DNA of 63,934 bases, counting the filler, from Choristocarpus tenellus KU-1152 (lineage: Eukaryota > Protista > Phaeophyceae): assembly GCA_964200185.2 (NCBI GenBank). It is 8 parts of 8 records of this genome, joined end to end, with 100 filler letters (N's around TTAATTAATTAA, not from the genome) between each part and the next. Parts side by side here need not be neighbours in the genome. Positions count along the whole stretch, not along the records: positions 1 to 9,181 come from CAXNAD020003909.1; positions 9,282 to 16,327 come from CAXNAD020006795.1; 6 more parts are not named here. The stretch is one strand, 5' to 3'. Positions 1-12,831 of this stretch are shown in pieces (positions within the stretch are counted from its first letter, which is position 1; every line of letters begins with the position of its first letter). The notes beneath the pieces are model-generated. The model made no database searches, was not told where the DNA came from, and saw only the letters and a program-made list of their open reading frames with translations. A program made the translations under genes and the position numbers.

Positions 1-1
1 G

Positions 2-3000
2 ACACCCACAGCTGGAACAGCGGGAACAGGGGCTGGAACAATAGGGGAAAGACTTGGGGTAGGAGCTAGGAATAGCACTGTAGCAAATGCAGGTACTGGG
101 ACAGTTGCAGGTCCATGGACTGGGGCAGTAGCAGGGGTTGGAGCGGGGTCTGGAGGAGGTGTGGGTATAGGAGAAAAGTCACTAGAGGGTGTGGCGGGTA
201 GAGGGTTGGGTATGCCTCCGCCACGGCCACTTGTGGGTCAGCCTAAAGTGGTGCAATCGAAACCCATGAATGTTATGCGCCCCCTTCATGAAGTTGTGGC
301 ACCACCAGTGGAGCCGGAGCCTAAGGAAGCTAAGCTTGATGGTCCTATGGTGAGCTCAGGGGAGAGTACAACAAGGGAGGGGTGGGAGGGGATGTATGCT
401 AGTTCTAGGAGTTTTGTCATGCTTGCCATGGTATTTTGACAATCAGTATAACCCCAGCTATAATGTCCGTTATATCATAGTTACCTACATTTAATTTTTG
501 CAAAGTGTATGTTTAGTAAGATATACAGCTTTCTATAAAAATGCGATGGTCTCTGATGTTCGAACTATGGTTAAGTTGATGGGGTGTGACTGTTGTGTAT
601 ATATGATTGCTCTTTAGAAAATGGTTACTTACTCTGTAGAGATCAGCTGATGCAGGACTTTCCTCAACAATGAAGTGAAATGAGATGATGCGAATTGAAG
701 CCAAGTGTAGAATGAGATAGTGTGTGCTTGCAGAAGGCACAGAAGTTGATCAAGTGTGAAGTGTAAGTGTGAAGTCAGCTCAATATCTGTTGATGCACCC
801 ATTTTTAATCAAATTGTGTGAGAAGCGCATGCATTGAGGGATGCAAGACTTGATGAGTAGACTACACATTCACGTGAGGAAACAACAAATTGAACGCTTA
901 CACTCAATTTTTAGTTTCAATTAATCACAATCTGATTGATTGAATCATAGTGAAAAGGAAAGTCCTCCAGGTTTTCTAGGTGGTTACAACAATTAGTTGA
1001 GTGAGTGGAATATGCAGTGGTTATGTGTACAGTGCAGTAGTTGGTGTATCACTGTACTACATAGTGTGATTGGGGCTTAAGGAGTATCGTGAAGAACGAT
1101 CTTTGAAGACAGTAAGACATAGATATTTAGCATTTATTGTCAGGCAAGTATAGCAGCTTAGGTATGGACTGTGCAAAGTGGAGTGGAGTGGAGTGGAGTG
1201 GAATTTGCTCCTTACACGTGTATATTCTTGAGGCACCTGCACATGGGAAACAAAAGGATTGCAGAGGCGTTCAGTTCATAGATTACTAGGTAGTCTCTAG
1301 TGCAGAAAGTCAGATATTATCAGGAGGTCAGTATGTGTTACATATATTAGGGTTAGGGTTAGGGTTAGGGTTAGGTTACTTCGTAGTTGAAAGTGAAGAT
1401 GTGGTACCCATCTTGCTGCGAAATGTTCTGCTCACTATGCATGGCGCAGTGGGTATCTCCTACGCTTTCGACCTGAAGTGCCTGAAGTTCCAGTTTGAGT
1501 CGACTTATTTTTACCCCCCAAAAGGGTTTGTTTTGAATAGTGAATTTTTCCTCTTGATGTTGGCATTTGCATATGCATGCCCACAACGATCACCGTAGTG
1601 TAATAGGAAGGATAGACTCAATAACAGAGGGGAAAAGACTGAAAGGCAGGGATCAGGGAGCTGGCACAAGGACTGACAGCCAATATATCCCAGAATTGTA
1701 TATGTCGGATTTACGTTTTTTTTGTTAGGGAGAGTGAGAGCAATACCCAATGCAGTGCAAAAAAAAAAAACTAGTAATACCTGCACCTAAGCTCGGGAAA
1801 ATGATACATTTATATACATATATACATCTGTTGTAATTTGAGAGTTCTTATTTTCTGGTGGTGTTTTGTATCACCTTCTGTATTGAAAAACTCGGGCACC
1901 TTATATTTCTTGGTAATGGCACAGTTTGGCTCCGTTGTAGATGTACAGTCTTTTTTTGTTAAAATAAGGTACTTTATTAAAGGAACAGAGTTGGTGATGT
2001 GAAGTCAATCTTGGACTATTAATGTATGAGCAAGCTCGAACATCCGTTGTTGGGTTTTCCCTGCATCTAGTTGAAACAGTTAGTACCCTTTTTTGTCATA
2101 TTTTTGAATAGTATGTGTACCTGTTCCTGTCAGTACACTTTGAGGGTATGTTAAGGTCATCAATTGAGAGTCACAACAAGACATGGGGTGCACACTCTTT
2201 GGTCGGGTATGCGGTGATTGGGTTGCTGCTTTTTGGTACTTTTGAATTTTATAGCAACAGGTGAGTTTCCAGTAAGAATGTGTTTTTGAAAAGTTATATT
2301 TTTTTGTTTGCTCTGTCTACGTTGGAACTTTCTTTCTGAGGGGAAATAAGTCTGTTATCTGGGTGAGGATTGTTCTCCTCCTGTGGGGATGACTTTCCGG
2401 GTCTCAAATGTGGGTTGATGAAGAGGCGTGTTCATTGCGATTCCTTTGATTGCCATTAAACTTCTGTTTGTGAGATAGGCATGCTGTGGGGGGTACTCAA
2501 ATGTTATCAGTGTTGGTCACAAAACAATGTTTTCATCTTTGTTACTCTGCTTTTCCGTTTTGGCAATTGTGGTCCTAACATATTTTCCTCGGGGTGCATC
2601 TTAAGTAATTTGCCTTCCATTACAATGCTACTTACCTGAGTACCTCTGCTGTACACAGTGACCCATGATGCCCTCCTCTAATGCTCCCGGCCCCTCCTTG
2701 TGCACCTGTGCAACCAGAACGGTCAGAGGTTGAATTCCCTCCTTCGGGAGATTGAGCCAGGCGCAAGCCTTCACCCTGATACAGAGGAGGTTTGTTGATA
2801 CTGCAATATTTTGCATAGCCTGTAGTGTAGGTGATGTTTCAACAATTGAAATATAGCCTTCTATGAGTGTGCATCAGTCTGTTGTTGATCGAAATTGAGG
2901 TTACAATAATACATGCATGGCAATTGTGTTTCTACTTGTACCCTGTTCGTGCTGTCATCTTGTACATCACAACCTTCCCATTCTACATATGTTGAGTGCA

Positions 3001-5515
3001 ATTTAGATTCAGTAAGGTTACACAGTATGCAAGTTTGGATTTCAGATCGAACAAGTGTTGTGCAAGAACAAGATGTCTCTGCCTTGGAAAATAGTCAAAT
3101 GGACATGACATATATATATATATATATACACCATGCTCGCAGTACCGATCGTAACGATCTGCGTGGACGCAACAATTTCTCAGCGGCTTACACATTTCTC
3201 TGCTCTGGAGTGACAGAAAAATACCCTGGAGCTCTCTTGTAGCTTGTCTCTATAGTACTCGCAGGTTGTGAGTCGGTGTTTTGGAATGCACACATAGTTG
3301 CAATTGTACTAGCCCGCACAATTCCTCATTCCCATACACCCTGCCCTGTATTCCCACCCACACCTACTATTTTTCTTTCCAGCTGATTCTGGCAATGCTG
3401 ACAGATCACCTTGATAGTGTGAATGCACACTGCATTGAGCTGGCCAGGCACCGTAAGTCTGACCTGGTAGAGGTTAAAGACCTGCAGATGTGTCTAGGTG
3501 AGGTATTCATTAAACTCGTTCGAAAGGGAAATACACATGTTTATGTTGCTGGGTAGTATACTTTGCGGAAGAGTGATGAATAGCTCAACTGTGTGGAAGA
3601 GTTCTAACGAGCACGGGATCTTCTTTTTTTATTTATTTAGCTTGAAATCGTTCGGTATTGATGGGAAAGATGCACATCAGTTGAGAAAGATCCAAAATGG
3701 AGGCTTACGTTTGTCGAACGGTGTTTTCTTCATTTCAAGAACAACCTTAGGTAGACTATAACTCAGAATGTGTGTATGCACGCTGTTCCTTCTTAGCAAT
3801 GATGGAATTATTCCACGTCTTTGATCTCTTCTTAGATACTTGCTGCAGATTTTGGGTTTTCATTGCAAGGTCACAGTTGCAGTTTGCTAGCATTACAAGG
3901 GGTGCCATTCCCCATGCGCTATCTGTTGTGTGGTTGAGAATTTGGGCCTGCAGATTGTAAGTCATGCAAAGGAAAAAAATATCACAATGATATGTGCAAG
4001 CAAGCAGCCCAACCATACTCTTTCCATGGTTCTACCCTCTCTGTTGCCGCCTTCCCTAGGATCGAATTAGTCATTTGATTGTTAGAAGTAGACAAGTAGA
4101 GTGGTCTCGACTTGTGCCAATGTCTCACCTTGCACCAAGTCTCCTATCTATTATACCCGTAGTGGACTACCAACTCCTTGAGTGAGAACTTTCTTGGTTG
4201 GGGAGTGTCTGCTATCATATTTTTCTGGTGCACCTTGTAATGTGTACTGTTCTTTGTCATGCGCTCATTCACAGAGAAACAGTGGGGAATGCCCTGGCTG
4301 GGTGTGGGAAGTCCTTCATCTGCCTTGTCTAAGCAAGAAGCCGCAAAGGCAAGGGCAAAGCTAAGCGCTGCCTTGGCTACAGATCGGGTGAGTGACTCTT
4401 GGAAAAGGCATGCCAAAGATTAATTCGGTGGGGGAGGGAATAAGGCTGACCTTAGTGTGTTTCCCTCTTGGGATAGACAGAAGAGAGGAGTCCATAGCAA
4501 TGAGCTCATTGTTCAGGATATACACCAAAGGATATCATTGCAAAGCTTTTCCAGAAGGGTATACAGCATAGTGACCCTTGACCCCAAAACTAGGGAATCC
4601 GAGCAGTAACAATCTAAAAAGGTATTGAACACTACTTCTGTCCAGTGCAATCAATCTCTCTCTCACTCTCTCTCTCTCTCTTTCTCTCTTGGTGGTAAAG
4701 AAGTTGTGCCTATGAACCACTTGCACACCAGGCGATGCTTTTGGTTTGTCACTAGGGTAGTACCACTGAACTAGCAGTAACCCTGTTGCTAGGATGTTGA
4801 ACTGTTGTTGTCATGCTTCGAAATTTTGGTCTCATCAAGGAATCTTTTGTTGGCTGGGGAAGTGTAGTATTATTGTGTGCGTTCTAGTATGGGCAGGTTT
4901 GAATTGTTGTTTGCTGTGGGTTTTGTATCCCAATGTGATTTTGATGCCAGGGATGTCTGGACTTCTTACAGCAGTATTTCTCCTCAATGTAGGGTACCTT
5001 GTTATTTTTTTGTGTCCTGAGGGGAGCAGTGAGAGCGGTTACTATTTTTTATTTTACTAACAGCTTATTGTTGATGTGAGTGGACGGTTGGGATGGAGCT
5101 TAGTGCCGGTGGATGCCAAGACTAGTGACTTCGATCTACTGTACTTTTCAAATCATGACTGCATGCACTTTCCCTCCACTTCATTGGGCTCCTTTATCGT
5201 TGTGATATCGTACTCGTGCTTGTCATGACCTGACCTGAGAGCTAAAGTCTTATGCTCGCATTGTCCTCTCAGGCCGGCAAGGGCGGAGGGATAGGAGGTG
5301 GAGTAGGAGGTTCATCGAGTCACAAGAAGAAGAGTTACAAGCGGAAGCAAGACCCAGCAAACCAATCAGTGACTAAGAAGACAAAAAAGATTTCTCCTGG
5401 TGGTGCTGGCCCAGGAGGAGTGGGGGCGGGTATAGGTGGTACGACTGCAAGTCAAGGGGTTGGGGTAGGTGCTGGAGTTGCCCTGCCAAAGATGGAGGGT
5501 GCAAGAACTTTGTAA
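2..5515 (+). CDS. TAF12: TFIID subunit 12 homolog (histone fold), 5'-partial; exons <2-349, 2718-2789, 3383-3497, 4275-4387, 5273-5515
   Basis: Phase-consistent GT-AG splicing gives ...DGPM|NGQRLNSLLREIEPGASLHPDTEE|LILAMLTDHLDSVNAHCIELARHRKSDLVEVKDLQMCL|EKQWGMPWLG. This matches the TAF12 pattern (LxELxxxIDP...LDxxVEE.LL...D.FID.V...C.LAKHRKS...EVKD..L.LE..W). The termini are Gly/Ala-rich and low-complexity. Confidence 0.85.
1347..1377 (+). repeat. Interstitial telomere-type repeat (TTAGGG)4+
   Basis: ttagggttagggttagggttagggttaggtta inside the first visible TAF12 intron. Confidence 0.9.
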
Positions 5516-6783
5516 AAAAAGACATTTGCTCCCTCAATCAAATAGAATGTCCTGTGGAGGCCATCCCTGAAGGTTGTCACTTCCGCTCTTCTCAGCAATT
5601 TCTCAATTTTTTGTATTTTTTGTCAGTGGGACTAGAAGTTTCAACGGTGCTGGTCACTGGGTCTGTATTTTTATTGTTCATCCTCAAATGCTGAACCTCA
5701 CATTCAAAGTTGGATGTATCCAGGTGATGACTGTGCCCATTTCCAATGGTTGTCCTCACCCACAGGGTAGTTGCCATGCCGTAGAGGATTCTTAGAGTGG
5801 GAGCTACCCTGAGACAAGGGAGCTTTTGGCAAGAAGAGGTTATCCCATATATGCAAGTTGCTCCTTAGACGGTGTTAAAAGTATTTTTCCTTGTTGTTGT
5901 ATCTCCCTCATTGCCCGCAGTGGAATTGACAAAACACAGGTCAGCGAATCTTGCTTGAGTTTTGTTCTGTGTGTGCTGGCTTGCTGTATTGCTTGTACAC
6001 ACAAGTTTCGACTAAAACATGGTATGAAGCATGTTGCATCACCTAGAGTAGGGTAGATAACCCAATGGATCCAATCATTAAGGGTTCACAGGTGGTTACC
6101 CAAGGTCACACTGAGTTGTTAACCAAACACTAGCCATGGAGTCAGTTTGGTGTTGGAGAAAAAGGCAGAGCTCGTGCAAGGAAATTCATACAGTATGCCC
6201 CACACATCATGTCTCATTCCGTTAAGTAGGCCTTGCCGGGACTCCAGATGCCACTTACTTGGGTACCATGAAAAACTGGGCAATTCCCATCACTGTGAGT
6301 GTCTGTCGGTCTTCTGTGTGTAACCAATACCGGCTCTTATCCTCACAAGTACACTCACTCTAACGACTCTAGCTATCAAGAAATGGAAAAAACGGTGTTA
6401 AGCTGACACTCCTCAGATTGGAGAGGCTCTATCTCACTCATTGCCATGAGCAACTCTCCTCCCTATCATACGTTTCCTCTGGGCAACTTATGTCTTGTGT
6501 ATTCAGGTCACACAGCACATAGCCTCTTGATATTCATACCAACTTGACTGTTGTGCTGGTCTCCAATGCAATCTGTTAACTCCATCTTGGCTGTGTCACA
6601 TCTCGACCAGCTCATCTTGAGTCTCGTGTGTTTGCTCACTGATTTGCAACTCATGTTCCGATCGTGCATATTATTTCATGACTGCTCTACGGGTGGTTGA
6701 ACTTGAACATAATAAGTTAGAAGTAGGTGCGTACTCTTTTATGTGGCAGTAGCTTTGGGTCGAAGTATTTTAGATGTAGGCGT

Positions 6784-6932
6784 GGCAAAAATATGCCATT
6801 TTTGGGCAGTTGCAGAAAATGCCTTGGCTGAATTGTGGTGTCACTTTGTGTGTGGAAAGAGGGAACATCTATTTTGCACATACACTATGGTACACATATA
6901 GTAATGAAATAGAGTGTAGTGCATAGGGTGAG
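6784..6932 (-). repeat. Dispersed repeat family C, copy 1
   Basis: The reverse complement aligns with 22130-22305 and 23446-23608 (ctatttcatt...atagtgt...ttcc.cacacaaagtgacaccac...ttttgcc). Confidence 0.85.
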
Positions 6933-8196
6933 ACGGCTTAGAATACAAGAGGGGTCCAAATCTTTTGACCTCGAATAATTTGGCTCTTCGTACATGACGG
7001 CTGCCCAAGCTGTGAGGACGGTGACTGCTTGCTGGTTGCAGAGAGTAGATAAAGAGCATGAAGACCTTGATCTCGTGAGTTGTAAGATGCTCAGTACCAT
7101 GGTACACACCCCACAATCGCTCATGACAACATATGCTCATTTCTTGAGTCTCTCACCTCACTGCCGTATGTGTGTATGCCATGGTGAGCAGTCTGGTCAT
7201 TCCATAAAGGGACGTTTAGCTCTTGGGGGGAGAATATTGTTCTATTGGTTGGAAGAACAACACCACAGGAAGATACTGGTCTGCTCGTATTTGAATTTAA
7301 GAATATAATTAGATTAGCTCTATCTGCAGTTTGAAAGCAGTATGTTTTTGAAAGAGGTTGCATACAAAAATGCACAACCTAAAAAAAGTGTTTTCTATGT
7401 AGTTGTCCAAAGTGAAATATGAGGACATTCCAAACTAGTGTATTTAGATGAGCTTGGGGTTGCCAAGTACCTCTTCCAAGGAGAGTAAATTCGTATACAC
7501 ATTGGTACAAGGTATTATATATACTCTTCAAAGTACATTCAATATATAATAATAAGATATACATCTACATTATAGTACGTAATGCGTACGTGGTCGCCTT
7601 GATGATCTCTCTCCTTCTACAAATACTACTGCTATTACTAATACTACTATTCTAATTCAATGATCTGATGCACGATGAGTGAAACAAATGTAAATATAGA
7701 AAGGAAAGAAATTATAATTCATACACCCTATACGTCTTTCTTCAAGTTGTTGCGTCGTATGATTGCTGAAGATTGCCGTCAGATTTGTATGATACTCTGG
7801 AGTAGTAGTATAGTGTGAATTTATGCTAATTGATTGTGTAAGAAAAAGGAAAACACACAATAAACGATATGACTGGACAAAGGATGCAAGAAATGTATGT
7901 GCGTATTGTGTACATGTTTGTTTAAATGCTGTTCAGGTAATGGTTACCAATGTGGTGAAACTCGTCCTGCACCCTAACTCTTGCATCAGACAGGTTGTTA
8001 CCATGCTCTCTGAACTATATTAGGTAGGGTGGTACAGTCAGGCAGCAAAGAGTGCATACTCAACTCCATCCTACTCTCTCAATATATATAAAATCACTTT
8101 TTCTATCTTTCATGTTTCATGGTGTTGTTAAGACGAAGTTCATGACAACACCAAGCGAATTATCTCTACAACCATCGAACACCTTCTTGGGATATG

Positions 8197-8578
8197 TCAT
8201 GGTGGGGTGAGAGGAGCTGGAGGATATTGCAGGAAAGGAGTAGTCAAATCCCTGCTAAGCCAAATTATCTCGGTGGCTACGCAGGTGGCACTGTCTAGAT
8301 GTGTCATGCGCTTTAAACTAGAGTCACCAGGGAGATGGGCACGGAGGGGTTTGTTGGATTCTTGGGATGCCTCCATAGCTCCTCCCCCCGGGGCGCAGGA
8401 GTACGTAGATGGGAAGCACAGGAAGGCAGTAGCACAATATTGATAGTGGTGAAGTAACAGATTAGTATTTTGCACATTTATGATATTTTATTTCTTTAGA
8501 ATAGTGACATGTATAGTTTTCATTTGTTTTCCCCCTGACACATCTGCAAAATATCAGAGGGCATAATAATATAATAAG
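8197..8578 (+). mobile_element. 5'-truncated non-LTR retrotransposon (CRE-like/REL clade) 3' end
   Basis: Encodes GGYCRKGVVKSLLSQIISVATQVALSRCVMRFKL, like the ORF C-terminus at 41740-41900. It is followed by a 3' UTR, a ctgacacatctgcaaaatatcag stem-loop and an ataataatataataa tail. Homologous to the copies at 36596-37400. Confidence 0.75.
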
Positions 8579-9010
8579 TATGCCACAATAACAGCCTATA
8601 ACCAAGTTTTTTTTCTAATGGAACTTTTGTATGGGGTTGGTGAAATATCGCTTATTCATTATCGTCAACTAAAAAAAATAAAGGATCAATAATATTTTTT
8701 CCCCCACTTACTTACAGTCCGCATACTCACGTCACATATAGAATACGTGTTGGAGTTACATGTTGTCAGGGAGTCGTTTGGTTCACAGGGACTCAGCAGA
8801 GACTTCCTAGGACCGCAAAATCAATGCCACTTCGTTCGACAACACAGTGGTGGTGCGCTTACCAAACTGTGTCAATTGAAAGGTCCTACCCTGCTATTTT
8901 CCATGGAGGCATCCGATGATGGCCATCTTGCACACGAATTCCCCTTCTGAAAGAAGAATTTCATTTTTTAGCAAGAAGGAGTACCAAAACCATACCGCTC
9001 AATAAGCTTT

Positions 9011-9181
9011 GGCTCAAAGTATCTGGGGGGGGGGGTGGCATCTGTCCATTTGATGCCCATTTTTCCATGTCGGAATTTTTGGGTGATTTCGTTGTATGCG
9101 TCGGATGGAAAATGTAAGTTCACTTCTCCTGGTCAGGGCCTAAATGGTCACCCTGGTGTATACCCCCCCCCCCCCAGAAAC
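9011..9181 (-). mobile_element. MITE family A copy (inverted), truncated by contig end
   Basis: Starts with the GGCTCAAAGTATCTG(G)n terminus; the interior is the reverse complement of 16584-16762, 20022-20201 and 30064-30239. Confidence 0.85.
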
Positions 9182-9281
9182 NNNNNNNNNNNNNNNNNNN
9201 NNNNNNNNNNNNNNNNNNNNNNNNNTTAATTAATTAANNNNNNNNNNNNNNNNNNNNNNNNNNNNNNNNNNNNNNNNNNNN
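9182..9281. other. Artificial contig linker; identical linkers at 16328-16427, 24155-24254, 32167-32266, 38413-38512, 41901-42000, 50492-50591
   Basis: Identical 100-nt N44-TTAATTAATTAA-N44 cassette with stop codons in all six frames. Confidence 0.98.
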
Positions 9282-11411
9282 TGGTTTTTTTCTTTTGGGG
9301 TGTTCCCGTACCCCCAAGCCAAAGGGGGGGGGGGGGGGGGGGGGGTCTGGTCTACCCCCGGGATTCCATTTGGGTCATGATATTGTTTGGTATTACACTC
9401 TGTAGCTCCTGTAAAAAACCTGTACAGGGCAATACCTCATCAAGAATTAGGACTGGAAGATGAACACTGCCATGATTTCCCAAATCCTAGCAAGATGACA
9501 CCTTTGTCCAAATCGTTACACTGATGAGAAATGATCTCAGCTTGATAGTTACCCCTTAGACATACCTTAGACATACCTTGATCAGAATGTATGACACCAC
9601 ACATGTATAGGAATGAATTGGTGTATGTACCACAAATATTGACAGCATTGTGGTATATGATAAATGCACCGATTGGGTGATGTCGCACAACACAAAACCC
9701 ACATCACAGCTTCCAGAGCAAAGGATTATACCTCTTCATTTCGAGAATAGGAGATTTTCCAAGAAAAAGAAGGGGGGTGTATCAGATTTTTCTTTGTTGT
9801 TTTGAAACAAGGGTTAGGGTTGATGGTCTGATTTCCTCTACAATCATCAAGCAAAATTACTTTTCTAACAACCTCCACAGGAAAGACCAGATCTTGCTAT
9901 TTTTAATACGTAAGTTGTTTGAAAATTCAAAATTTCAACAAAAAAAACAGGGGTCATCTACATCTCTGGGAGAACTCAATCCTGGTTTTCCAAGTACTAT
10001 GACCATTCGTCGTTGACCATTAATATAAATAGTCATATAAATAGTCATATAGAACTGATAATCTTCAACTTAGATAGGATGGACTCAACTTAGGAAAGAG
10101 TATGAACACATTTCTCTGTACCCCTTTGAAAAGGTGAAATGTGGTGTGTTGGCACATTAGATATGATATATGTATATCTCTGTGTTGCTATGCCAGTGCT
10201 TCCTTGCCCATTTTTGTTTCCCATTCTGGTACTTATCCATAATCACTCTAACAATATATGTATATGGATAGTGGAACTGACACAATGTGTACGTTGATCA
10301 ACTGACACAAGAAACCTAGTATATTTTGGGTGAGATTTATTTTACCACCAGGAAGACCAAGCAAAGAGTTGCTCTGAATTCATGTGGATACTCTCTGTTT
10401 ATGTTTAAGGTCTATGTGTGCAGGGGAATATATCGGCATCCCAAAAAGATAATGTGTAACTGCTATTTAGTCTCCTGGACGCATCATGATTTCTTTTTAA
10501 TTTAATAGAGGTCTGTGGGCAACAGGGATTGTGCAGCCCACCGATTTTAATGAGAAATTGGAGCTTGCTGCTGACCAAACATTGGAGGGGCTACCAGTTG
10601 GAGTATTATGGTATGCTACAACTACATCCTAATTAATAGTACACGATGAGGGAAAAGATAGAAATAGTGAAGGTGGTATTAATATTTGATATCTAATAGT
10701 TGATAGTTAATAGTTAATAGTTGATAGTTAATATTCATACAAATTTCATGTCCATTCTTAATATTGACACATTCCTCTCAAAGGTGTGCTGTGCATCCAG
10801 CATGGGGGCATCTCTGATTTCCAAAAATAACGCCTGATCCCTATGATGAAGTATTTCATTACAGGACTCCACTTCAGGTCAGGCAGTTGAACAGTCCTGT
10901 CCCAATCACAACCCGGTTGGTTGTGTTCCAAAATATTTGCAAAATTGCAATATCCAGTCCTGGGTTGTCAAGTATTTCTATGGTCCGGTCTGCAGAGCAG
11001 ACCAACGCAGTACCTTGGTTTATTCCTAACCATGAAACAAGTTGAACGCAGCATATAGAGAATAAAACTTGAATCATTGAGGTTAGGGTTAGGGTTAGCT
11101 TGTGTGAAGATTCCAACTATTTTGCGATCCTCACCGGAATATCATGCATCACACCTCACACCTACAGCAACATTTTTGGTTTGTTTGTGATTGGACTGAT
11201 TTTCAGTTAAAATTTGGAAAAGAAACAAGGAAATATATACATTTATCACTATTTTGTGTCCTTTGTAGTAAATGATATCAGTATGTCCCGAAACGCATTG
11301 ACAAATATTTAAAGAAACCTTTGCTTTCTTGTGCAGACCAGCCTGTAGACCTCGTCTCTATTACCCTCCTGAACTATTTTTAATACACATGTACCACGTT
11401 CATTCCTGCAG

Positions 11412-12797
11412 CCAGGACGGGGGGTGAACATGGGAGATGGTTGGGAAACTGCCCGCAACCCTGATCGTCCTGCTGTGCTTGAGATTGGAGAGGATGGGCT
11501 AGTCAAAGTGAGAGATTGGCAAAGTGGTTATTAGTGATGAAGAAATGTTTCTTGTTCACATGTGTTTGTGAGGCCTTGCCGGGTGTGACACTCACTCCCA
11601 CCTCATTGTAATTTTTGTGATGTATGTATGGTATTACTTGTGTGTAGTATTAGCAATAATAATAGACTTGGTATATGGAAGTGGTGCCACCCTTCACCTT
11701 GTGTTCACCACCCATGTGGCAGGCCCCTGGAAGTGATTGGGCAGTGCTAAAGTTGGGCGCAATTGGCACCATCTCCCGTATTGTAGTGGACACTAACCGC
11801 TTCAAGGGAAACTTCCCGGAAAGTTTTATGGTGGAAGCGTGCCTTGCTCCCATGGCAGCAAAGGAGGTAAGTGGGTGGTTGAACACCAATCAATCTATAG
11901 TTACTTGCCTGTAGAAAATCTTCAGAGCATATATGTGTATGTGTATGTATATATTTATATCGATTTATTGATTATCAACACATAGCATAATGTGCAACTT
12001 GGGGGGTGGTGGGTCCGGAGGGGGTGTGAGCAAAGCTGACTTGGTTTGAGCACATAGGGACTGGGTGTAATTATTGAGTAATTGTGCCCCTTCAGGGAGG
12101 AATATTTTTCTATGGCATTGATTTGATCTGAAGACCTGGAGATAAATCAGAAGGGTAAAAAAGCATATCCTATTGGCCACAACAATCCTCAAGCACTAGA
12201 GAGGTCCAATAGATGTCAAATGAGCTACTCTCACTCCAATAGTGGAGTGAGTTACAATGGTTTGTGTAGTTGAACATTTTTAAACTATGCCTGCTATTTC
12301 TGCAATGTGAATTAGGGGTGGTGTTCAAGTGCTGGAATCTGCGATAGTTGCTGTTAGTAGGTGTGACTCAAACTTGATATAGGCATAGTTTAAAAATCTG
12401 AGATTAACCCTCAACTTGACGTGATCGGGATAGTTGTTGTAACTTACCATGGACTGTCAGGTTGAGAAGCCCCCTCTCACCGTTTCTTCACCCTGCCCTC
12501 CTCCCTTATGCTTGTCCAGGAGCTGCTTCGTGATAATAAAGACAAGACCATATCCTGGAAGTGCCTTGTACCTAGGGTGTGCGCAGGTCCTAGCAGGTAG
12601 CCTAAATTCTTTGGGGTGATACTATCTTAAAGCTTGAACCTTTGCTCCACTTTGTGTGCAGGATTGTATGCACCATTTTGAGCTAGATGTATGGGGATTC
12701 AATTTGTCGTTGAAGTTTCTTCTTGTTCTTAGTGGTACAGGTTACATTGTAGCTACATCTCAAAGGACGAAAAAAAAAGAAAAGGCGTCTTAATGGT

Positions 12798-12831
<34 letters not shown>

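Noticed and set aside
9182-9281. Palindromic TTAATTAATTAA within N runs, repeated seven times
   Set aside because: Artificial six-frame-stop linker. It also invalidates any gene-cluster reading across contigs.
10400-10615. Candidate upstream allantoicase exons
   Set aside because: No frame gives the expected DLA..NGG..SDxHxGxPxNL segment convincingly.
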